NCBI GenBank assembly: GCA_965140415.1 | Contig: OZ223209.1 | Span: 2,432,001 to 2,496,000, forward strand | Reading direction: 5' to 3' | DNA from: Myxococcota bacterium | GTDB taxonomy: Bacteria; Myxococcota_A; SURF-8 | Length of the DNA: 64,000 bases | Shown here: one piece after another, positions 20,413 through 30,200 of the stretch | Numbering within the stretch: position 1 is the first letter of the stretch | Layout: every line of letters begins with the position of its first letter | Notes under the pieces: model-generated | What the model was told of the DNA's origin: nothing | The model's input: the letters and a program-made list of their open reading frames with translations, nothing else | Database searches by the model: none | Translations under genes and position numbers: made by a program

Positions 20413-21342
20413 ATGATCTCTGTGACTAACCTCACGAAGCGTTATGGTCCTGTCACTGCCGTCGACGATATCTCATTCGAGGTAAAACGAGGTGAGATTC
20501 TGGGATTTCTTGGACCAAATGGGGCCGGGAAGACCACAACGATGAAGGTGATTACCGGCTATTTGAATCCCACATCCGGGCAGGCCTCTGTGAAAGATTT
20601 AAACACAGCGACCAATCCGATGGAAGCCAAGCGCTCAATCGGGTATGTGCCGGAAAGTTTTCCGTTATATGAAGACATGATGGTGTATGAATACCTGGTC
20701 TTCATCGCTCAGATCCGACAGATTCCCTCTAGCCAGCAGGCTGATAAAATAATGCATATCGCAACCTTATGCGGATTACGTGAAGTTCTACATAAGGATA
20801 TCAGCGAACTGTCGAGAGGGTATCGGCAACGTGTCGGCCTGGCTCAGGCCATGATTCACGATCCGGATATTCTGATTCTCGATGAGCCAACCAGTGGTTT
20901 GGATCCCAACCAAATCGTGGAGATTCGTAACCTCATTAAGAAAGTTGGCGAAGAGAAAACGGTCATCCTTTCGACCCATATCCTTCCTGAAGTCACCGCG
21001 ACCTGTAACCGCGTGATCATCATCAACGAAGGTAAAATCGTTGCCGACGGTACCCCCGATGAATTGCTGGAGCGCGACCAGAGCAACGTGGTGATGACCG
21101 TGCAGTTGCAGCAGAATTACGACAACATCGAGGAAAGCTTGCAGCGGGTCGATTTCATCGAGAAGGTGCGGCGCTTGGAAGGGCATGAAGATACTCCTTC
21201 TTTCATGCTGGAATACAAAAAGGTGCATGACATTCGTGCCAAGGTTTTCCAGCTTGCGGTAGAGAAAAACTGGGTGCTGTTGGAAATGAAGAGTGAAGCT
21301 GTCAGTTTGGAAGATGTCTTCCGTAAGTTGACTGTGAGCTAG
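20413..21342 (+). CDS. ABC transporter ATP-binding subunit (GldA-like)
   Basis: GPNGAGKTT, LSRGYRQRVGLAQA, ILDEPTSGLDP, STH. Confidence 0.95.
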   Translation: MISVTNLTKRYGPVTAVDDISFEVKRGEILGFLGPNGAGKTTTMKVITGYLNPTSGQASVKDLNTATNPMEAKRSIGYVPESFPLYEDMMVYEYLVFIAQIRQIPSSQQADKIMHIATLCGLREVLHKDISELSRGYRQRVGLAQAMIHDPDILILDEPTSGLDPNQIVEIRNLIKKVGEEKTVILSTHILPEVTATCNRVIIINEGKIVADGTPDELLERDQSNVVMTVQLQQNYDNIEESLQRVDFIEKVRRLEGHEDTPSFMLEYKKVHDIRAKVFQLAVEKNWVLLEMKSEAVSLEDVFRKLTVS

Positions 21343-21359
21343 CACAGAGAGGTGCATTC

Positions 21360-22070
21360 ATGAAACAGATATGGTCTATTGCCAAGAAAGAGTTTGCGAG
21401 TTATTTCAACTCGTTGATTGCCTATATTGTGGTCGTGGTCTTTCTCCTGATCACCGGCTGGCTCTTTTTTCAGCAGTTCTTCCTTGCCGGGGAAACATCG
21501 GTTCGTTCTCTCTTTTCCATTATGCCGGTATTGTTTATCTTTTTCGCTCCCGCGATCACGATGCGTCTGATCTCGGAAGAGCGCAAAACCGGTACTCTGG
21601 AATTGATGATTACGTTACCGCTACGCAGTATGGATGTGGTTGTGGGAAAATTCCTGGCGGCTTTCGGGCTGTTGACCGTTGCCATTCTACTAACACTGAC
21701 CTACCCGATTACCGTTTCGTTTTTGGGAAATCTGGATTGGGGACCGGTGGTTGGCGGATATGTCGGATTGTTGCTGATGGGAGCTTCCTATCTGGCGCTT
21801 GGAACCTTCTGCTCGATTATCACACGCAACCAGATTGTGGCCTTCATCATAGGACTGGCATTGTGTTTCGGTCTGTACATCCTTGATAAGGTGTTGATAT
21901 TCTTGCCGAGTTTCATGGCAAGCGTAGTGGAATACATTTCGATCGACTATCACTTTAACAATATTGCAAGAGGTGTGCTGGATACGCGAGATCTGGTGTA
22001 TTACCTGAGCTTCATCGGAATGTTCCTGATGATCTCGGTGTATTCGCTGGACAGTGAAAAACTCAAGTAA
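21360..22070 (+). CDS. ABC-2 permease (GldF-like)
   Basis: About six TM helices; PAITMRLISEERKTGTLELM, GKFL, RGVLDTRD. Confidence 0.9.
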   Translation: MKQIWSIAKKEFASYFNSLIAYIVVVVFLLITGWLFFQQFFLAGETSVRSLFSIMPVLFIFFAPAITMRLISEERKTGTLELMITLPLRSMDVVVGKFLAAFGLLTVAILLTLTYPITVSFLGNLDWGPVVGGYVGLLLMGASYLALGTFCSIITRNQIVAFIIGLALCFGLYILDKVLIFLPSFMASVVEYISIDYHFNNIARGVLDTRDLVYYLSFIGMFLMISVYSLDSEKLK

Positions 22071-22087
22071 TCCATGCAAGGTCAAAG

Positions 22088-23683
22088 GTGGTTAGGATGA
22101 AAGAAAAAACAGTCTCCAAAACCTCTACCGGCATCTTTATCGTCATGGTGATCGGTATTTTAGTGTTGGTTAATATCGTGTCCGCTCGACTTTTCGGTCG
22201 CTTGGATCTGACGGAAGATCAGCGCTTTTCCCTGGCTGATTCCAGTAAGGAAATCATGGCCGGTTTGGACGATCAGGTTTATGCCAAGGCGTACTTCACA
22301 GCCGATCTGCCTGCGCCATACAATGGGCTGGCGCGCTTCGTTCGTGACTTGTTCGAGGAATATTCGGCATACTCAAAGGGTAAATTTCAGTTTGAGTTCA
22401 TCGATCCGGGCGAGGATGAAGGTCAGCGCGGCGAAATGATGATGTTGGGTATCCCGCCGGTTCAGATTCAGGAAATTCGCGACGATAAGTTCCAGGTGCG
22501 TCAGGTGTATCTGGGAATCGTGTTCTATTTTGCAGATAAAAAAGAAGTGATTCCTATCGTGAAATCGACGGTCGGCCTGGAGTACGATATCACCAGCGCC
22601 ATCAAGAAACTGACCGCCGATAAGCTGAGGACGGTGGCGATCATGCAGGGGTATGGCACGCCGGATTACAATGAGCAGATGAGGGGTATCACGCAGGCGC
22701 TTTCTCATGACTTCAAGGCTGTACCGATCGATTTGAGCAGCAATGCCGCTGATAAATTGGACGAGGCCGACACGCTGTTGATCGTCAACCCGACCAGCGA
22801 AATCCCCGATGAGCAGCTTTACCTGATCGACCAGTTCCTGATGAAGGGACGCACGCTGGCGTTTTTAACGAACAATATTGACGTTAATATTCAAGAGACA
22901 CGCGCCAAGAAAGTCTCTACCGGTCTGGAAAAGTTGTTGCAGGCTTATGGGTTTACGATTAAAGACGATCTGTTGCTGGATTTACAGAACAAGCGCATCA
23001 ACGTATCGTCACAGCAGGGCATGTACCAGATCCGTAACATTATCAACTATCCGCTGATTCCAGTGATTACCGATTTCGATCCGGAAAACGTGTTGACCAG
23101 CCGATTGGATGCGCTTGGGCTTCCGTTCATGTCCTCTCTTGTCGTATCGCCCGATACGGAAAAAGTAACGTATCAGGTGTTGGGACGGACTTCTCCGAGA
23201 AGTTGGTCGCAGTCCGGCGTGTTTAACATTAACCCGATGGAAGACTTGTCGCCAAAAGGTGAGTCGGAGATGGGACCGTTCTCGGTTATCGCCTCCGCCA
23301 AGGGCAAGTTTACCAGCTATTTCGCGAAGAAAGCGAATGAATCCAATGGTATCGTGGATTCGGAACGGTTCTTGTCGGAAAGTCCGGAAACGAGAATTCT
23401 TGTCGTCAGTGGAGGCAATTTCGTAACCGATCAATTCGGTGATCCGAACAACATCGTATTCATCACCAACTGTGTGGATTGGCTTGTTCAGGACAACGCG
23501 CTTATCTCCATTCGCGGACGTGGAATACAGAGTAAGCCGATTGCCGAACTGGAAAACTGGGAGCGAGATGCCATCAAATACCTGAATTTGATTGGTGTGC
23601 CGTTGTTCTTTATCCTGTACGGATTGTTCCGTTGGCAAATGAGAAAAGCTCGCAAGCGCGGGTTGCAGTTGGCTTCGAAATAA
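22088..23683 (+). CDS. GldG-like ABC auxiliary component
   Basis: N-terminal TM, RLDLTEDQRFSL, LEYDITSAI, NCVDWL..LISIR, C-terminal TM with basic tail. Confidence 0.88.
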   Translation: MVRMKEKTVSKTSTGIFIVMVIGILVLVNIVSARLFGRLDLTEDQRFSLADSSKEIMAGLDDQVYAKAYFTADLPAPYNGLARFVRDLFEEYSAYSKGKFQFEFIDPGEDEGQRGEMMMLGIPPVQIQEIRDDKFQVRQVYLGIVFYFADKKEVIPIVKSTVGLEYDITSAIKKLTADKLRTVAIMQGYGTPDYNEQMRGITQALSHDFKAVPIDLSSNAADKLDEADTLLIVNPTSEIPDEQLYLIDQFLMKGRTLAFLTNNIDVNIQETRAKKVSTGLEKLLQAYGFTIKDDLLLDLQNKRINVSSQQGMYQIRNIINYPLIPVITDFDPENVLTSRLDALGLPFMSSLVVSPDTEKVTYQVLGRTSPRSWSQSGVFNINPMEDLSPKGESEMGPFSVIASAKGKFTSYFAKKANESNGIVDSERFLSESPETRILVVSGGNFVTDQFGDPNNIVFITNCVDWLVQDNALISIRGRGIQSKPIAELENWERDAIKYLNLIGVPLFFILYGLFRWQMRKARKRGLQLASK

Positions 23684-23713
23684 ACCCGATTTGCGATAGC
23701 GGGAGGAACAAGA

Positions 23714-24730
23714 ATGCAGAAAAACAAAACTCTTATCGCCGTTGCGATTTTCATTGTCTTGCTGTTGATTGTGATCTTTACCCATGAAGATCCTTATCAG
23801 CAGCCGGAAGCGAAGAATTTACCGACTTTGCCCAAGTTGCAGGTGGACCAGATCAATAAAGTGGAGCTGGTCAACAAAGCCGAGGCGATTACGTTTGAAA
23901 AAGAGGGTGACGCCTGGTATAGCAGCAAACCTGCCAGATACAAAATCGATGAGACGTTCGGTTCACTTGTAGTGGAAAAACTGGGCGATATCGAGCTGGA
24001 CCGGCCTGTCAGTGAAAGCGCTGAAAAACACAATCAGTTTGAGGTGGATGAGGAAGGCACACGCGTTAAGGCATTTGTCGGAGACGCGGAAGCGCTTTCG
24101 TTGATTGTTGGTAAGAATACTCCAGATTATAGAGGGACGTTCGTTAGATTGCCTGATTCGGATGTCGTTTACGCCACGAAAAAAGTGATCAGCAGCATGC
24201 TGAAGAAAAGCATTAAAGATTGGCGAGACAAGTCTATCCTTGGCAAATTCGAAGTTCCCAATGTGACCTCATTGGATATTACTCGCGGCAAGGAAAAAAT
24301 GACATTCGCCAAAGGTGATGTCGAAGTAGTAGAAAAGTCAGACGGCGACGGCAGTGACATCGTTACAAGTAAAGAAGGCTGGATTCTTAAGGATTATCCA
24401 GAGTTTACAGTAGATAAAACTCGCTTGGAAGGCTCGATTCGCATGCTGTCTACCATGAAGTGGTCCGATGTGATTGACTTGCCGAAATCGCTTTCCGATT
24501 ACGGTTTGGATAAGCCGGCAGCCTCACTGGAAATCGGCATGAAGGAAGGCGAGGCAAAAACGTTGCTGGTCGGCAAATTGAATGCGGAAGACAATGTCGG
24601 TTGGGTTAGCGTCGTCGGAGATGCTCGTGTGTTCAAGATTCAGAAGTATCAATACGACAAGTTACTCAAGGACAAAAGCTATTATAAAGGCGATTCCAAA
24701 GCTGATGTAAAGGTACCGCCAAGTAAGTAA
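23714..24730 (+). CDS. DUF4340-like membrane-anchored periplasmic protein
   Basis: N-terminal TM, two internal repeats, LSDYGLDKP; the usual fourth gene of Gld-like ABC operons. Confidence 0.75.
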   Translation: MQKNKTLIAVAIFIVLLLIVIFTHEDPYQQPEAKNLPTLPKLQVDQINKVELVNKAEAITFEKEGDAWYSSKPARYKIDETFGSLVVEKLGDIELDRPVSESAEKHNQFEVDEEGTRVKAFVGDAEALSLIVGKNTPDYRGTFVRLPDSDVVYATKKVISSMLKKSIKDWRDKSILGKFEVPNVTSLDITRGKEKMTFAKGDVEVVEKSDGDGSDIVTSKEGWILKDYPEFTVDKTRLEGSIRMLSTMKWSDVIDLPKSLSDYGLDKPAASLEIGMKEGEAKTLLVGKLNAEDNVGWVSVVGDARVFKIQKYQYDKLLKDKSYYKGDSKADVKVPPSK

Positions 24731-24749
24731 AGAGCGTTGACCGTTTAAG

Positions 24750-24791
24750 AAAAAGACAAGCAGTTGCGTTCGTGCGGCTGCTTGTCTTTTT
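24750..24791 (+). terminator. Rho-independent terminator
   Basis: AAAAAGACAAGCAG..CTGCTTGTCTTTTT. Confidence 0.85.
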
Positions 24792-24990
24792 AAGTTATTC
24801 TTTACGATGAATTTCGCTTACATCTACAAGTCATAACTTACATTTATTTTATTCACTTGTTGTTCCGTGAAAAACATGATAGCTAGCGTTACACGTTCAT
24901 TATTCTAATTAGATAATGTTCAAGGATGCTTTGGTTTTGAAGCGGCGATGCTTTCGCCAAGGAAACAGATAACCTATAGGAGAAAAAACC

Positions 24991-26175
24991 ATGATTAAAC
25001 CGCTCGGATCCGAAACTCTGAATCCCTTGTTTGTGATGGACGATGTCAAGCGCAAGGAACTGCTCAAAGAGGCGGCAGGTTTGCCTTCTATCGTCGTTAG
25101 CTCCGCCGCAGCCGGAAACGCCGTCATGCTGGGTAGTGGCTACTTCAACCCGCTGACCGGTTACATGAACAAAGCGGATGCCATTGCGGTCGCGAAAACC
25201 ATGCATATGGCCAATGGCCAGTTCTGGCCGACCCCTGTGTTGAACATGGTCGAAGATGCTTCCGCCATTAAAGACGCCAAGCGCATTGCGCTGCTCGATC
25301 CCAACGTCGAAGGCAACCCCGTGCTGGCCATCATGGACGTGGAAGCCATCGAAGAATACACCGATGAAGAAATGAAGGAAATGACCCTTCAGGTGTACCG
25401 CACCGAAGATCCGGCTCACCCGGGCGTGGCCGCGTTCAATGGCTCTGGCAAAGTTGGCATCAGTGGTTCCATCCAGGTGCTGAACTTCTCTTACTTCGTT
25501 AAAGAATTCGCCGACACCTTCCGTACCGCCTGGCAGATTCGCGACGAAATCAACGTGCGTGGTTGGGAAACCGTGTGTGCTTTCCAGACCCGTAACCCGA
25601 TGCACCGCGCCCATGAAGGCCTGACCAAGATGGCCATGGAAGCCGTCAACGCCGATGGCGCCGTCATCCATATGCTGCTTGGCAAATTGAAGAAGGGCGA
25701 CATTCCCGCCGACGTGCGTGACGCCGCCATCCGTAAAATGGTCGAACTGTACTTCCCGCCGAACAGCTGCATGGTCACCGGTTACGGTTTCGATATGCTG
25801 TATGCCGGTCCGCGTGAAGCCGTTCTGCACGCCGTGTTCCGTCAGAACATGGGTTGCACCCACTTGATCGTCGGTCGTGACCACGCCGGTGTGGGCGACT
25901 ACTATGGTGCGTTCGATGCGCAGACCATTTTCGACGACATCAGCAAAGACGATCTGCAGATCGAGATCTTCCGTGGCGACCACACCGCTTACAGCAAAAA
26001 GCTGGGCAAAGTCATCATGATGGGTTCGGTCAGCGATCACACCAAGGAAGACTGGGTCTTCTTGTCCGGCACCAAGGTGCGTGAGATGTTGGCTGCTGGC
26101 CAGGCTCTGCCGGTCGAATTCGCGCGTCCGGAAGTCGCTGAGATCCTGATGAAGCATTATCAGAGCGAAGCGTAG
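24991..26175 (+). CDS. sat: Sulfate adenylyltransferase (ATP sulfurylase), Sat type
   Basis: AFQTRNPMHRAHE, MLYAGPREAVLHA, GRDHAGVGDYY, LSGTKVR, FARPEVA. AGGAG RBS. Confidence 0.96.
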   Translation: MIKPLGSETLNPLFVMDDVKRKELLKEAAGLPSIVVSSAAAGNAVMLGSGYFNPLTGYMNKADAIAVAKTMHMANGQFWPTPVLNMVEDASAIKDAKRIALLDPNVEGNPVLAIMDVEAIEEYTDEEMKEMTLQVYRTEDPAHPGVAAFNGSGKVGISGSIQVLNFSYFVKEFADTFRTAWQIRDEINVRGWETVCAFQTRNPMHRAHEGLTKMAMEAVNADGAVIHMLLGKLKKGDIPADVRDAAIRKMVELYFPPNSCMVTGYGFDMLYAGPREAVLHAVFRQNMGCTHLIVGRDHAGVGDYYGAFDAQTIFDDISKDDLQIEIFRGDHTAYSKKLGKVIMMGSVSDHTKEDWVFLSGTKVREMLAAGQALPVEFARPEVAEILMKHYQSEA

Positions 26176-26241
26176 TCTGTAAGGACTTCGGTTTTCTCTG
26201 AGCTTTAGCTTCCTCAAAGTAGGGGGCTGAAAAGCAAGAAC

Positions 26242-26269
26242 AAACCCCGTCGTTTTCGGCGGGGTTTTT
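26242..26269 (+). terminator. Rho-independent terminator after sat
   Basis: AAACCCCGTCG-TTTT-CGGCGGGGTTTTT. Confidence 0.85.
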
Positions 26270-26303
26270 CTATGGGATCTTCTATTTGTATTCTAATGAA
26301 ATG

Positions 26304-27107
26304 TTACTGCGTTTCCGCATCCATGATGAAAGTGGCTATTGCATCCGCGGTTTGGTTCGGATGATCGATAAACGGCCAATGTCCACTGTCAGCGATGTGC
26401 TGTGTTGGGATGTTTGCCTTTGCAAGTAGTTCCAGGCTACGCAGGCTCGCGCCGCCTGGATAACCTGCAATATACAGCTTGGGAATCGTGAGAGCGGCCA
26501 AGCGTCTGGCCAGTGTTTCCTGTTTTGAAAATTCCACCAATTCAATTGAATGCCGGTAAAAGGTTGCTGGGTCGCAGCGCAATAGGCTGGTGTAATAGCC
26601 TTGGCTGGCGGCATCGTTTTGACCAACCTGCTGAACGTCTTGTAGAAGTGTGGCAAATACTTGTTTCGCTTCCGCTTTGTCTGCTGCGGACGTCATGTGA
26701 CCGCTATACGCGCAATCGTCCAGTGATTTGTTTCCATCGATATCGATGAGACTACAGATCAATTCCGGATAGCGTTCCGCGAGCAGCAGTGCGAAAACTC
26801 CTCCCAGGGAATGTCCCACTACATGCAATGGTCGTTTTTGTGTCGCCTGTATCCAACGGGCGAGATGATCGACCGTCTCAACGATGGAAAAAGGGGAGTC
26901 AGGTTCAAGACTTAAGCCGTAACCATGCAGATCGGGTACGATATGGGGCCAACGATTCAGATGTGGATGTCCTACGAAAGATTCAAAGCATAAACCGGAT
27001 TCTCCGAGACCGTGAATCCAAAGTACTTCGGTAGAAGAACATTGGCTATTGAACCGGCGAACATGCATCCCATATTCTTGCGAATGAGTGGGGAATTCGG
27101 AATTCAT
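26304..27107 (-). CDS. Alpha/beta-fold hydrolase
   Basis: WIHGLG, PDLHGYG, GHSLG nucleophile elbow, SGHWPF. Start uncertain. Confidence 0.88.
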   Translation of the reverse strand: MNSEFPTHSQEYGMHVRRFNSQCSSTEVLWIHGLGESGLCFESFVGHPHLNRWPHIVPDLHGYGLSLEPDSPFSIVETVDHLARWIQATQKRPLHVVGHSLGGVFALLLAERYPELICSLIDIDGNKSLDDCAYSGHMTSAADKAEAKQVFATLLQDVQQVGQNDAASQGYYTSLLRCDPATFYRHSIELVEFSKQETLARRLAALTIPKLYIAGYPGGASLRSLELLAKANIPTQHIADSGHWPFIDHPNQTADAIATFIMDAETQ

Positions 27108-27156
27108 GGGAGAAACTCCAGAGATATCATCGGCGATCAGGGTGGATTTCGTGTAA

Positions 27157-27194
27157 ACCGGGAGCACCCCGAGTTGAACTCGGGTGCTCCCGGT
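27157..27194. other. Long near-perfect hairpin just after the giant-protein stop codon (terminator or mRNA stabiliser)
   Basis: ACCGGGAGCACCC(C)GAGTT-G-AACTCGGGTGCTCCCGGT. Confidence 0.6.
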
Positions 27195-27207
27195 GAGTCA
27201 GGTTCGG

Positions 27208-30200
27208 TTATTTTCCGAGGATGGGATCGGAGAAGCGCAAGTACAGGTAATACTCACCTTGGCTGACATTTCCTGAACTGGTGACGCCATCCACGACGAT
27301 GCAGTAGGTGCCCAAGCCAAGCGCCTGGTCGATGATGCGAGGGTTTTGACCCCAGCCACCGACTCCACCGCCATCGTCATTACATGCAATCGTAGTGTAG
27401 GACGAAGCACTACAGGCTCCACTGCGTAACTCCACCGCCGAATCGAAACTTCCAACGACACTGAGACGTTCCAGTGTGACATTGTCACGAATGGAAATTT
27501 GATAGTAGCGATCTGGAGAACCGCTGGTGGTAGCGCAGCTCAAGTCTTCGTTGTCGGCATAGCCAAGGGTGGAACCGCGAACCACGCGGCCCGTCCAACT
27601 GGCACCCCGGCTGTCGTTGAGCCGTTCCGGTACATCGCTGCGACCACCGATGCCAGGTCCGACAAGACGGCCAAGCGTATGAATCGAAATGGATTTTACT
27701 TCGGCAGCCTCGGAAGTGTCGTTGGTGATCGTGACGGTCCAATCTCCGGTCGGTTGAACCGTAAGCAACGTGGACAAATCACTGACTGTTGCATGCGGCG
27801 GATAGTTGGCGATCAGTCGCCAGGCTGTTGGACTGGCGGAGGGCCAAGCTTCCAATTCCCCAACATCATGCGTGGCAAGGGTGACGAAATAGCCGTTGGG
27901 AGCGGTTAAGGTGGTTGTCAACGAACCGCTGGATGGTTCTTCTGCAAATTCTACGTATAGTTCAATGGCGATTTCTTCAAGATCCTGCGTTGCCTGATGC
28001 ACGTTGAAAGAAGCGCTTTCGGATGGTCCCGCCGGGATCTCCACAGAAACTAAATCCAACTCGGTCATGCGAAGTTCCTGATTGATCGGTTCCGGGTTGA
28101 AGGCGGGGGTTAAGGATCGAAGTGCGCTACTGCCATTATTGGCGATGATAAGATCGGTACCGCCGTCTCCATTCAAATCACCGGCTGCAACGCCTTTGGG
28201 ATAGTTGTCAGCAGAATACAGAACCGGTTCCGAAAGTGTGCCGTCGCCATTACCAAGCAAGACTGCTGCGTAGTTGTTTTCAAAGCTACAGGTCGCGATA
28301 TCGTACATGCCATTGCCATCAAAGTCCGAAACGACCAAATCAAAGGTGTCGCCTATGGCTGGGAAGGTTGTGGAGGAATCGAATCCACCTGCTCCGTCGC
28401 CAATAAACAACTCGACCGTGGTTCCGGCGTTGTAGTTGGATGTGATGATGTCGTCCAAGCCATCGCGGTTAAAGTCTGCCACTTGCAATCCATAGTTTCC
28501 GTTGGTTTCAGTGCTGAAGGTTGTTGGCGTTCCGAAGGTACCGGTTGGCTTGCCGCTACCGTCGATTGTTCCAAGTAAAACGCTGAACTTGTACATCCAG
28601 TGACCGACGATAAGATCTACGGCACCATCGTTATTGACATCTGCCGCAGCGATGCTTGTTGGCTCGTCATCTACCGAATACTGGACCTTGGTCCCAAACA
28701 CGCCCGATCCGTTGTTGATATACACGTTGACCATATCGCTATCCTTCGCGACTGCTGCAATATCGGGATCGTCATCGTTGTCGAAGTCCGCCGAGATGAT
28801 GGAGTAGGGGCTTGAATCGGTGGCATAGGTTGTTAAAGCCCCAAGCGCGCCTGCACCATCGCCCATGCGTATGCCGATGGTCCGTGGATGGTAGATGTAT
28901 TCGCAGGAGTTGGTGGCGGCGACATCTCCGTAACCATCTCCATTGAAGTCCATGATGGCCAGATCGGAGGGGTAGCTGATATTGCTGGTTGTATGGGTGT
29001 TGTACATGACAGCCGCTTGAGTGGAACCGTCTCCGTTGCCTAGCAGCAAGGAAAGATAAAAACTCGAATCTTGTGGAACCAGTACGTCAAGGGCACCGTC
29101 CCGGTTTAAATCGGCCAACTGCGGACGTGTATTGGAAGTTCCCGATCCGTGAGTCCGGGTGACGGTCCAGGCGGTTCCCGGAATGTTGATCAGGGTACGA
29201 ATTTGATCTCCACCGTTATAAACCATGGCAAGGTCGATGTTGTAATCGGAACTGAAATTTCCTGTGATAAGGAAACGGGGAGTCAAACCGAAATTTCGTT
29301 CGGCACCGGTGAAACTAGCCGTGCCGTCATTGAAAAGGAAAGTTGCATAAGTCGAACCGTTAAATCCAGCAACAAGATCAACATGGCCATTGCCGTTCAA
29401 GTCCGCAGCGCTGATGGAGGTGACGTCATTGTTTTTGACATCGATGTCGATTGCAGGCTGCATCGTACCATCGCCATTACCGAGCAGGACGTTGACATGG
29501 TCGTCACTGACCCAGGCACCGTTTGCCACTGCGATGTCCAGGACTCCGTCGTGGTTGAAGTCGGCTATCGCAAGGTCGATCGGACCCGCCGAGGTCGCCG
29601 TTACCAACCCGGTTTCGAATGTACCATCGCCTTTATTAAGGAATACGGTTACCCGCGAAGAAGATGCACTGGCGGAAACGATGTCCAGGATGCCGTCGCC
29701 ATTCATATCGGCCAGCTCTGCATCGATCGGACTAGGAGCATACAACGATACTGGTGACTGCGAGAAAGGATCGCTGCCACCGGTATTGAAGTACATCGAC
29801 AATCGATTGCTTTGGCGTTCGGATAACACGATATCGGGGAAGCTGTCTCCATTCAAATCCCCAGCTTCGATATCTTCTGCACTGTTAAGGCCGGAAAGGA
29901 CGTCCGGTTCGTCGAAGGTGCCGTCACTGTTGCCGTAAAGCAGGCTGACAGTGTCCGAGTTCCACTGGTGACCGACTGCAATGTCCGGATAGTTGTCGCG
30001 GTTAAAATCGGCTACAGTCGCGCGTGCCGGATTGCTGCCCAGGTTGTGGCTGTCCAGTTCCATATAACTGGAACTTACCGTGTCATAGTAAAGTGCGGTC
30101 AGGCTGTTGTCGTTATAATTCAATACAACCAGATTTTCCGCGTACGGAGGCAGGTTGGCATTTGATTTGTACGCATGGATGAAGTTAGGACCATCACCAA

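Noticed and set aside
24840-24920. Rex-like operator upstream of sat
   Set aside because: TTCAC..GTGAA half-sites are in the wrong orientation and spacing; the nearby TCTAATTAGA palindrome lies in AT-rich DNA and may be chance.
24889-26217. 442-aa minus-strand ORF antisense to sat
   Set aside because: Shadow ORF expected from the strong codon bias of sat; no motifs of its own.
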